Below are positions 1 to 14,415 of a stretch of 64,000 bases of DNA, piece by piece (position 1 is the stretch's first letter; the number at the start of each line of letters is the position of its first letter). A model generated the notes under the pieces. The model was given only the letters and a program-made list of their open reading frames with translations, had not been told where the DNA came from and searched no databases. This DNA comes from Lama guanicoe (lineage: Eukaryota): the NCBI GenBank assembly GCA_013239625.1, contig MU054338.1, positions 2,218,968 to 2,282,967 of the forward strand. The letters are read 5' to 3'. The translations under genes and the position numbers were made by a program.

Positions 1-649
1 TAGTCCTGCCCTCCCCTCCCTGCAGCGGGAACGGGGGACTCTAGCCAGGAGTTTTTCTGCTGGGTGGTGGGGTAAGTCTCATCTTGAGTGAGGGGCTCAG
101 TTCGGAGGTGACAGTCTCAGTCGAGAGTCGGGGTTCAGCCGGGGGGTGGGGGTTCAGCTGGGATGGAGGGCTCATCTGGGAGCTGGAAGCTCATCTGGGG
201 TCCCGGCTCAGCCGGGGTGGGGGGCTCATTCTGGCCTTTAATCTCAAGGAAAGCCTCTGTTTTTCAGCCACTGGCCCCTGGAGTGAAACAATGTTTGGCT
301 TGGAGGGGCTGTCCCAGCACTGGCTCCCTTCTAAATGCCATAAAAAGGGGCAGGCTTGGGACAAGCAAAAACACCTCCTCCCCAAGCGTCCCAGTCGCCC
401 CCTAGTGGGGAAGTCTCGCCCTGCGGAAAGGGAGGAGCCCAGACAGCCCGTCCCTCTCCCTTCCCGCCCCCCTCAGCACAGTCACCCACCCGGAAGCCCC
501 AAGCCTCGCCGGAGGAGACGGGAGGCAGAAAACTCCACTGCCAGAGCGGCCGTCTGAAAACACAGCCTCCGACAGTCAGGGGCCCCCACCCTGAGAGGGA
601 GGCCCGTGCGCTCCGCCCCAGCGTCACTATTTCAGCGTAACAAGAAGTT

Positions 650-830
650 GGCATTTATTAGCCGCCCTTGGGGTGCTGGGGTCTGCGCTTAGGAGTTTTG
701 TAGACAGTATTTCTCATTCAGTCCTCATGACAGCTTCTGAAGGATTTAACTATTATCCTTGCCTTTTACGGAACAGGACACAGGCACAGAGAGGTTCGGT
801 TACTTGTCCCAGGGCTACACAGCAAGGAGG
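650..830. mobile_element. MIR-like SINE remnant
   Basis: MIR-type text: ctcattcagtcctcatgacagc...tattatcc...acagagaggttcggttacttgtcccagggctacacagc. Confidence 0.55.
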
Positions 831-1742
831 TTGGGACTCCAGCTCCTTCTCCTTCTCCTTCTCCGTGGAGCCCCCACCAGGAGTGCAGGGCAGGAAGAAG
901 GGGCGATGACGCTGCGTCCCCCCACCTCCACCCCCGCACCCTCGCCCCAGCCCCCGGCAGCCCCAGCTTCCAGGACAGCACCCTGAAACTCAGCACGTGG
1001 TAGGAGGGGCCCTCGACTCCCAGGAAACGGCCCTGCTCTGAGCTAGCTCAAAGTTCAGGTTCAGGAGCAGCAAGAGCAAGACTTCAGGAGGAGGGCTGGA
1101 TCTGCCCTGGCTCCTGCAAAGACTTGCAGAACCACTTGCACAGTTTCTCCCCACTATCCCTCTTCCCAGTGAAAAGGACGCTTAGGTAGCAGGAGCCAGG
1201 GACTCTCCTGGCTTCCACCTGGCACCTGGCAAACCAAGACCTGCGGAGGGGCTGGGAGCCAGGTGATTCCTGTGGGCTCGTCAAAGCAAGGCCTCAAAAG
1301 CTCTTGGAAGCGCTTGCTCCTGAGCAACAGGAGGAGCTGGCTTCTCTGATGAAATCCAAAGGGCAATAGAAACCAGAAGTGGGAGAAGAACTCAGGCGGT
1401 GGGCAAGGAGAGATGGCTGTGGTGCAGACTGGGCAGAGGTAGGAGATAGTGGGGGTCTCACATGCAGGCAGCTCCTTGTCCAGGGGTGCCCTCCATGCTC
1501 AGAAAGAATCACCAGGTGAAGACCGAGCTTGGGAAGGAGTGTGTCATGGCCAAGTAGCACGCAGAGAGCCCTTCAAGAGGGGCTTGTGCTGGTCCCGAGT
1601 CCTCTGCACTCAGGGGCGCTCTACCCTGAATCCCAGACAGAGTCATCTCATCTGCCCCAGGACCAGGTCTTTGCCAGTAGGGTACGGAGAAGGCATTGGG
1701 GCATCCCTTGGGGGCTGCCTGGTGGAGGCAGGTGCAAAGGTT

Positions 1743-2969
1743 TCATGTGGAAGAGCTCGCCACTGTTTCATGGTTCGGAGGCTCCTCTTTCTCCTCTAGT
1801 TCCAGCCCCCAGTCACCCTCTCCCTCCTTCTCCTTTCTCACAGTCTCCTCTTCCTTATCTTTATTGCTGTGGAGACAAGAGGGGCCAAGATAACCAAAGT
1901 GAAAAGGACTGACAGTGGTCCAGGCCTCTTAACGAGTCTCACAGAACCTCTGAGTCCTGCAGGCAAGCTTGTTCCCATTGTACAGAGGGGATGCTGAGGC
2001 TCAGGCAGCTTAGGACACTAAGGAAGTGCAGGAACCCCCGCTTGAGTTGCATGATCCCAAACCAAGCTCTTAACGTCTACTCCCCCTGCCCCCCCACTTC
2101 CTGGGTGTCAAAACCATGGTTGAGTGGATGGGCAGAGAGATGAGGGATGGATTGATGGATGAGAGGATGGATTGAGGGATTAGTGGATGGGCTAATGAGC
2201 AGATGGGTGAACAGATGAATGTATGGATGGGTGGATGGGTGATGGAGGGAGGGAAGGCGAGAGAAGGGAGGGAGAGATCACGGATGGATGATGGACAGCT
2301 GGAGGGAGGGAGGGATGGATGGGTGGATGGATAAATAGATGGACAAGTGGATGTGAATAGATGGGTGGATAGATGAGTGGGGTTGGGGATGTGATAAAGA
2401 CTTTATAGATCCCAGTTGAAACACATATGAGGAATGGGATTCTCTGGGAGGAAGCCAGTCTCTTTTTGCAGGTAGATAGTCAGGAGGAAAGTCAGTGAGA
2501 TTATGTGAGACCCCCATCGATTCTGAATCAAAGAATAATTACCCACTGGTCCTGCCCTGCCTCCTCGGAGGATGCTCAGAGAAGCGAGGATCTCAGTAAC
2601 GGAAGGGGCTTGGAGAGGGGAGGGGCTCAGAGGGGAGAGGTTTAGAGATTTCAGGAGGGAAGGGCTCAGAAAAATGACGACCCACCTTTCCCGGGACTCT
2701 CTGCAGCAGACGGCATAGACCAAGGTGAGGACAAAGATGAGGAAGAGGAAGGCCAGCGTAGCCCCCAGCCCCACCAGCCACGGCTTCCGCTGGGCCACTG
2801 CGGGCGGGGAACAGGGCGGGGTCAGCTAACTGGGGCCGCCAGACTAGGGCTCCCTTCCCCACCCACCCCAACTCCCTCCCAAAGCCTTACAGGGCTGGGC
2901 CTGAACCAGCGAGGGGACCAGAGCCGCGAGAAGGGAGAGTGGGCCGGGATTAGTCCAGAGCCTATCCAT
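1743..2969 (-). CDS. SMIM24-like (MAP17/PDZK1IP1-family) small single-pass membrane protein, tandem paralog of SMIM24, predicted 104 aa
   Basis: Coding exons 2969-2891 (79 nt, MDRLWTNPGPLSLLAALVPSLVQAQP, donor GTAAGG), 2797-2686 (112 nt, LAQRKPWLVGLGATLAFLFLIFVLTLVYAVCCRESRE, acceptor ccccgcccgcag, donor GTGGGT) and 1866-1743 (124 nt, SNKDKEEETVRKEKEGEGDWGLELEEKEEPPNHETVASSST*, acceptor cttgtctccacag). Total 315 nt, open, with intron phases 1 and 2 as in SMIM24. 16/28 aa identical to the SMIM24 TM segment. Confidence 0.75.
2120..2390. repeat. Degenerate (GGAT)n/(TGGA)n simple repeat in the last intron of the SMIM24 paralog
   Basis: Repeated ggat/tgga/gatg units seen directly. Confidence 0.85.
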
Positions 2970-3234
2970 CCTGCTCCGTCTGTCCTCGCCCCTGTCCAGA
3001 AGGTTCTGAGGTTGCAGCTCTGGCTAGAGGAGGAAGTGGGCTGCCCAGGGCATCCTAGGGCAGGGTGTGGCTGGTGCCACAGGAAGTGAGAGGTGGGGCC
3101 GCCTCCTTGGGTTCCAGGCACCCTGGGGAGGGCGTTAGGGTCCCAAGTACCCCAGGTGTCCCTGAGGCCCATCCTGACCTGGTCGTTACTCAGAGCCAGA
3201 GCCATGGGAGGGAGGAGAGGCTCAGGAAAGATCC

Positions 3235-3415
3235 AGAACTCATTTCCTGAGCACCTACTATGTGCCAGGCTTTGCAATGGCTTTCAAGCCCTGGGACGTC
3301 CTTCAGGCGTCACACTCCGGTGTTCAGAAATCTTGCCCTCACGTTGCAGAAGAGGAGCCAACTTGAGGCTCAGAAAGGTCAAGCCACTTCCCTGGGACCA
3401 CACAGCATTCTAGAG
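3235..3415. mobile_element. MIR-like SINE remnant upstream of the paralog start
   Basis: gagcacctactatgtgccaggc...gaggctcagaaaggtcaagccacttccctgggaccacacagc. Confidence 0.55.
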
Positions 3416-3690
3416 GAACACAGTTCTCCCAGCTAGGAACACCCCCTCCCCCAACTCTCTCCCATCCTAGGACATGACATGAACCTCCCAATTTGACCTT
3501 AGCCAGAACCTGCATGTGCCCCATCCTTTGGGCAGCCTGGGCCAAGCTCTGCCAACAACTGTCAGGGAGACCTGGCCAGTGGCTACCCTCTTTCTAAGTC
3601 TCAGTATTTTCCCCTGGAAAATGGGACTGACTGCATGGAGACTGGGGCCGTAAGGATGCTAGGCGTTCCATGGGAGCATCTATTAGGGCG

Positions 3691-3710
3691 TTTATTACGT
3701 TTCTTTTATT
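3691..3710 (-). terminator. Likely SMIM24 polyadenylation signals (two AATAAA)
   Basis: Plus-strand TTTATT at 3691-3696 and 3705-3710, about 950 nt downstream of the SMIM24 stop. Confidence 0.55.
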
Positions 3711-4657
3711 TATGGTTTTTCCGCCCCCTGGTGGACAATCCTGGAGATGTTCCCAGACAGACGCTCCCTACCTTCTGGGCTGAACCCTACCAACCCCAGC
3801 TGCAAGCTCCACAAGGAAGCCCCAAGTGCCAGCCTTTATCAGAGTTCTCACTAGGCAATGGTTAACGTCCAGGGCAAGGTCCAGGGCCCAGAGAAGGTGA
3901 GGAGGGGGGAGGCTGGAGAGGGGGAGGCGAGAGTGCTTGTCTCTTCCCAAGGTGGTGTGCCCTCGGGCACCCCGCCCTCCAAGACCCGGTTCTCAGAAAC
4001 GGAGCCACGTGAACCAAAACACTGAGGGCGGGAGGAGCAAGGATCACCTAGGAGACAGCCCCTGGGGCTCCAAGTCCAGGGCTTAGGACAGAAGAATTAG
4101 GATTGCAGGGGGAGAATTTAATCTGCGCAGGGCATCTGGGCGCCGTGGAGTTTGGTCTCCCATACCTGCCTGGGCATTGCCCCCTAAAGCTGTCTTCCCC
4201 AGAGGAAGCTAAATCCTAAGGGATTATGGAAACCCTTCTGAAGGGCTTTTCCCGGAGATACAGCCCCTGGCCGATACTGGTCCTGAGACTGAGTGGGAGG
4301 GAGGGGGTTCTGGCCAATAGATATGAGGCAGTGGGGAAAGAGCTCAGGCAGTAGGTAGAGGCAGGTGGAGCCATGAGATTGCGGGGGGGCGTGGGGGATT
4401 CTCAGTAACCAGGGATGGTCTCCAAATGCAAGAAAAATCAGCAGGCAGAACACATCAGGAAACCGGGTACATAGAGACCACATCACACACAAAGAGCCCT
4501 CCTTTGGGGGGGGGTAGGTCCCAAGCCTCTTCATCCAGGGTGCTGTGCTCTCAGCCCCAGGTGGAGTCACTGCAGCAGCCTCAGGCCCAGGTCGTTGCCT
4601 CTAGGGTGTGGAAGGGGCAGCTCGAGGGGGCTGCCTGGAGGAGGTGGCGAGCTGTTT

Positions 4658-7357
<2,700 letters not shown>

Positions 7358-8652
7358 GGCTGGAGCAGCCCACGGCCTGAGTGCTGGAGCAGCGGCTAGT
7401 CGGTCCAGGAGGCCCTGCCCGGCCACTGACGGGGGTGGTGGGGGCAGGCGGGCCTGGGGCAGGGCAGGGCAGGGCAGGGCAGGCCCGCCCAGAGAAGGTC
7501 CTCCCTCGCCCCACCTGGTCGGCCTTCCAGGAGGGCAGACTCTGGAGCTGGTGTAACAATTAACTCAGGAGTCCAGCCCCCCCGCACCCTGCGCCCAGCC
7601 CCAGGACTGCCAGCCTTGGCCTCCAGGCCCCCAGCCCCTGGGCCCTGGCTGAGATGACCTGACCATCCTTCCTGGCCATGGCCCAGTGCTTTTATGTGTC
7701 CTTATGTTCCCTTCTCTGCACATCCCAGGAAATTTTGCTGCCTGCATTTTACAGAGAAGCCAGGGAGGCCAGGGGCACCAAGGCTGGGCAGAAGTAGTTG
7801 GAGCTGGCATGCGAACTCGAGTCTCCCTCACCAGCAGCTTATGCTGCCCCATCCTGGCTCCCTGACCCCTGGGAACAGCTCGGGACTGAGCACGGGGCCA
7901 AGAAAGGATGGCCACGTGCCCACCGTCCACCTTCAAACCCAGCCGCTCCCTTGCAGCCGGAGATGGGGCCCCTCGGGCACCGATGACTCAGGCTCCAGCC
8001 TCGCCTGGCTGCCAACCTTGGGCCCCAGGTTGATTAGATATGGGGCCTTGCCCAGGAGAAGGGGGACCCCACCCCAGCTGCCACTGGACAGCCGCGGCCC
8101 AGGCATGTGGCAAGAAGGCTGGGGTGGGGAAACCCAGCCTTTCTCTGGGCCTGAGACCTCCGCAGGGACCCTGGGGGCTGGGGGAGCCCCAGCATCACTG
8201 CACACACGCGTACGGACTGCGCTTGTCTTCCTGGAGCCCCCGCCCCTCCTGAGGCCGTTTCTGGGCTGCGTGCCTCCACGGTTGCATCTGATACATGGGG
8301 TCAATAAGTCCGACCTCGGAGGACTCGAGGTAGCACACAGAGAGGGCTTGCTTGGCACAACAGTGGAAATTACAAAGCACTCGCTAAGGGCTAGCCGCTA
8401 CTATTATTATGATCTGTTTTAATCTTCTTAGCGTTTTTGGTTTACAGGTGGAGGTTGGACGGGGTTGGGCTCTGGGAGCAGGAGGGTGGAAATAACCAGT
8501 GTCCAACCACCGGAGCCTGCAGCCAAGGAAGAGCGCGTCCCCTGTCCCCACAGCGCGGGTCAGTGGAGAAGGGCTCCGGTGTGCACGAATCTGGTCTATA
8601 CAGCCGCCAGCGGGGCTGAAACTGGCTCCCAGGCTGGAGGGCAGGGCCCGGC

Positions 8653-9590
<938 letters not shown>

Positions 9591-10559
9591 TTACAATAGG
9601 ACAGCCAGGGCCATGTCCAGACGACATTGCAGCAGAGACCCAGAGGAGGAAGGGAACCAGTCATGGGAGTACTGGGGGAAGAGCTTTTTGAGCAAAGGGA
9701 ACAGCCAGCGCAAAAGTCCTGAGGCAGGCTTGTTGGACGGTACCTGACTTGGGCGCTCACAGGCGCCCCCTGGTGTCTTCTGTGGGGAGGACAGGCTGTG
9801 GGGCCAGGGTGGGAGCCAGGGATCAGGGCGGATGCTGGTCCAGGTGGGCAATAACGCATCTGGAGCAGGTGAAGGCAGAGCCAGGGGAGAGCGCAGAGCT
9901 GGGGTAGATTCTTAACGGAGCAATTCCTGGTGTTTCCAGGCTGGACTGAAGGAGTTTCCATTTCCTATGGGAGGAGCTACTGTGAGAGGTGACATGAGGA
10001 CAGGCTAAGTTTGGGATGTCTCATCAGTAACTAAGTGGAGTTGTCCAGACTAGAACCAGAGTCAGGAGCTCAGAGGAGGCCCCAGGCTGGAGTCAGGACT
10101 GTGCGCATCATTGGGGCATAGATGGGGTTCCAGCCCCAAAAATAGATGAAGCCATCAGGGAGGGGTGTGGGTGGGGCCCCAAGACTTGGTGCTGTGCCAA
10201 TGACGCAGAGGAAGGGGAGATGGAGGCGGGCCCAGAGAGGCAGGAGGGAAGCCTGGAGAGCATGGGGTCTCCGAGGAGCTCCCAGAAGAAGAGGGACTGG
10301 CCCAGTCAGACCTGCCGTGGGGGAAAATGCAGACTGAGATGTGACCACCAGGTCTGGACACTGGGAGGTCACCTTTTGGGCAAGGATGGTTCTAGGGACA
10401 GCTGGCTGGTGCAGGTTCGAGAGAAGGGAGAGAAACGGGAGCTGGTGAGGGTCTGATAACTTTCTAGGGCTTACAGGGGTGAGAGCTGGAAGGCGCAGGG
10501 TCAGAAAGGGCTGTGGATAGTGGTTGCTCTTCTGTTTTTAAGAAATCGCAGCCTGTCTA

Positions 10560-11460
10560 TGCTGATGGGCAGAGGGAAGACTGGAGACGGGAGAAACTGA
10601 AATGATGGCCAAGTTGGCGGGAGGGGCGGGGCTGGAGACTAGGGGATCCATGGGGAGGTGGCTCACGCCCAGTGTCCGAGGATGACCCTGTGAGATACAA
10701 GAGACGTAGGTTTGGTTTTCATCCTGGTTCCCGGCATGGCGCTCCCAGAGCCCTGTAATCCCCTGAGTGATGGGCCAAGGGAGCATCCTTTGTGGCTCAT
10801 AACCAGGCCCTTTCCACCACACCTGAGTGGATGCTGATGAGGACAAGCGTGGGGAGCCTTGGGATGGGTCTGGTGGCCAGGGAAACGACCCTGGGGTGAG
10901 AGGGATAGAACTTTCAGCCCAACCCATCCCCAAGCCCCAGGGAGAGGAGAGGGGCTGGGGGTTGAGCTCATCATCAATGGCCAATGACTTAATAAGTCAT
11001 GCCTGTGTGGCGGAACTGCAGTAACAACCCTAAAGGAAGGGGCTCAGGGAGCTTCCAGGAGAGTGAAAGCTTCCATGTGCCAGGAAGGGGGTGCACCCCA
11101 AACTCCACGGGGACAGAGGCTCCTGCACTCAGGACCTTTCCAGACCTCGCCCTCTGTGCCTTTTCATCTGCCTTCTTTATGATAAACCGGTAAGTAAAGT
11201 GCTTTCTCGAGTTCTGCAAGCCATTCTCACAAAGCCTCTAATGAGGTGGGGTAGCGGGAACCCGAATGTATAGCCAATTGGTCAGAAGTAGGGAGGCCTG
11301 GACTCGGGACCAGCGTCTGAAGTGGGCTCAGCCCTGCAGGACTAGCCCTGGACCTACAGGGTCTGCCCTGATCGTGTGCAGATGGTGTCAGGGCTGAACT
11401 GAATTGTAGGATGCCCAGCGATGTCCGCGGAGACATGGAGGACACGTGGAATTAGGTTCG
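10560..11460. mobile_element. LTR-class remnant (MER21-like)
   Basis: Resembles remembered MER21-type LTR text, e.g. gaactttcagcccaacccatcccc...gggttgagctca...caatggccaatgacttaat...agtaaagtgctttctcgagttctg. Confidence 0.45.
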
Positions 11461-11474
11461 ATTGTGGTTTTGGG

Positions 11475-13575
11475 GTTTTTTTTTTTCAATGTGTTAGTTT
11501 CAGGTGTACAACAAAATGGTTCAATTATATATATATATTCTTTTTCAGGTTCTTTTCCATTATAGGTTATTACAAGATATTGAATACGGCTGCCTGTATT
11601 CTACAATAAATCCTTGTTGTTTATCTATTTTATATACAGTGGTGTGTATATGGTAATCCCAAACTCCTAATTTATCTCTCTGACCTCACCCTTTTCCCCT
11701 TTGGTAACCATAGTTTGTTTTCTATTGTGTGAGTCTATTTCTGGTTTGTAAATAAGTTCATTTGTGTCCCTTTTTTTCTCGATTCCACATATAAGTGGTA
11801 TCATATGGTATCTGTCTTTGTCTGATTTAGTATGATAATCTCTAAATCCACCCATGTTGTCTTTTCATTTTGTGTATGGTTTCCTTTGCTGTGCAAAAGC
11901 TTTTAAACTTAATCAGGTCCCATTTGCTTATTTTTGTTTTGATTTCCATTCCTCTAGGAGATGGATCGAAAAAATACTGCTGTGATTTATGTCAAAGAGT
12001 GTTCTGCCTGTGTTTCCCTCTGGGAGTTTTAGAGCATCCGGTTTTACATTTAGGTCTTTAATCTATTTTGAGTTTGTTTTTATATACGGTGTTAGAGAAT
12101 GTTCTGATTTCATTCTTTTACATGTAGCTGTCCAGTTTTCCCAGCGCCACTTGTTGAAGACACTGTCTTTCCTCCATTGTGTATTCTTACCTCTTTTGTC
12201 ACGTATTAACTGGCCGTAAGCGAGCGGGCTTATTTCTGGGCTTCCCTCCCTGTGCCATTGACCTCTGTGTCTGTTTTTGTGCCGGGGCCGCACTGCCTTG
12301 CTGCCTGTAGCTGTGTAGAATAGTCTGAAGTCAGGGAGCATGATTCCTCCATCTCCGTTCTTCTTTCTTAAGATTGTTTTGGCTATTCGGGAGCCTTTCG
12401 TGTTTCCGTATAAATTAAAACTTTGTTTTGTTCCAGGTCTGTGAAAAATGCCATTGGTAATTTAATAGGGACTGCAGTGCATCTGTAGATTGCCTTGGGT
12501 TGTACGCCCATCTTAACAACACTGACTCCTCCAGTCCAAGAGCATGGTGTGTCTTTCCCTCTGTTTGTGTCGTCTTCGATTTCTTTCATCAGGGTCTGAC
12601 AGTTTTCGGAGTATAGATCTTTTGCCTCCTTAGGTAGGTGTATTCCTAAGTATTTTATTCTTTTTGATACAATGGTAAATGGGATTGGTTCCTTAATTTT
12701 GCTTTCTGATATTTTGTTCTTAGTGTATAAAAATGAAACAGATTTCTGTATATTAATTTTGTATCCTGCAACTTTACCGAATTCATTGCTGAATTTCTTT
12801 TTCCTGCCTAATAACTCTGGTTAGAACTTAACAACACTATGTTGAATGGAAGTTGCCACGTGGGCATCCTTGTAGAGGAAATGCTTTCAGCTTTTCACCG
12901 TTGAGTGTGATGTGAGCTGTGGCATTTATTATGTTGAGGTATGTTTCCTCTATGCCCAATTTTTGGAGTTTTTTTTTAATCACAAATGAATGTTAAATTT
13001 TATCAAAAGCTTTTCCTGCATCTATTGAGATGATCATATGGTTCTTACTCTTCAATTTGTTAACGTGACGTATCACACTGCTTGATTTGCAGGTACTGGA
13101 AAATCCTTGCATCCCTGAGATAAATCCCACTTGATCAGGGTGTGTGATCCTTTTAATGTATTGTTGGGGTCAGTTTGCTAGTATCTTGTTGAGGATTTTT
13201 GCATCTATGTCCATAAGTGATACTGGCCTGTAATTCTGTGTGTGTGATATTTTTGTCTGGTTTTGGTATCAGGGTGATGGTGACCTCATAGAAAGAGTTC
13301 AGAAGTGTTCCTTCCTCTTCCTCTGCAATTTTTTGGAATAGTTTCATAAGGATGGGTGTTACCTCTTCTCTAAATGTTTGGTAGAATTCACCTGTGAAGC
13401 CATCTGCTCCTGGAGTTTTGTTGGGCGTTTTTTAATTACTGATTCAATTTCAGTGCTGGTAATTGGTCTGTTCATATTCTGTTTCTTCCTGGTTCAGTTG
13501 TGGGAGATGATGCCTTTCTAAGAATTTATCTACTTCTTCTAGGTTGTCCATTTTATTGGCATATAGTTGTTCACG
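11475..13575 (-). mobile_element. LINE-1 fragment (3' UTR plus degraded ORF2)
   Basis: Minus-strand peptides LPDFRLFYTA...NKWRWENW...SLTPYIKTNSK and LFQKI...[16 protein letters not shown] are L1 ORF2-like. T-rich tail at about 11477. Confidence 0.9.
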
Positions 13576-14415
13576 AGGTTCTACTGTTAACATGTGTTTA
13601 CAGAGTGGTAAGTGCTTGAGACTGCACATGGAGGAGGTAGGGAAGGTAGGTGGGATGGGAACCCATAGCCTAGGCTCTTAGCCATACCACTAAACCCCTT
13701 TCCCCATGCCCTTAATAGGGGCTGAGTGAGGATGCCGTCTGAGGAAAGCCAGGTTGGAGGGCTGCTCCCCTCAAGCCCCTTGGAGGGGCTGGCTGGGCAG
13801 ATTTAAACCCCCACCCCCACCCCACCCCATGCCAGGAACTGACAGTGAAACAAGGGCACAGCATAGGGGGCAGGGCAGACCCCAGAGTTGAGCTCCCCAA
13901 CCCCTCGGCACCCCACACTTAGGTGTTCCTTAAGAGCAGCCGACCATCATCCCTGCCGACCCCCAACACATTCTGAGAGTCATCGCTTGTCAAAAATAAT
14001 TTAATAGTCCATTTGGCGGTGTCCTGGGACCTGCTTGACAACCCCCCACCCCTAAGCCCTGAGCTCCAGCCCAGCCCAGCCACCCGCACCAGGGACCACC
14101 TCCCCACCCAGGACAGCTCTCCCAGCCCTAGACTCTGCCAGACCCACAGACGGGGGGTTTCCCCACAGCGCCTTTCCTGGCACCGCCCCCCCATTCCTGA
14201 GGAGCGCTGAGCCACCGCACTCCACCCCCCGTCAGAGCACAGCCCTGTCCCTGCGCCCCGTCAGGTCCTCCCTCCCACGCGGACACTGCAGCCCTGTGCT
14301 CAGCAGGAGACAGAAGAGACCTCAGCCTGGCCCCGGGGAGCCTGCAATCCACTAGGGGGTCAAGGCGCAAAAGCGGCCGGAGGCGGCGGAATCAGCGCGG
14401 TTCGCGGGCGCGGCT

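Noticed and set aside
830..870. (GAGAAG)n on the minus strand encoding TEKEKEKELE, resembling a SMIM24-type tail
   Set aside because: Short simple repeat with no suitable acceptor; no evidence for another paralog exon.
1190..1369. Protein-looking plus-strand frame ...RPQKLLEALAPEQQEELASLMKSKGQ*
   Set aside because: No initiating ATG, no convincing splice sites and no recognisable homology; probably chance.
2403..2798. 131-aa single-exon ORF starting MAQRKPWLVGL
   Set aside because: The GTG start overlaps the splice acceptor, and the part after 2686 is intron read-through. Only the 112-nt exon is supported.
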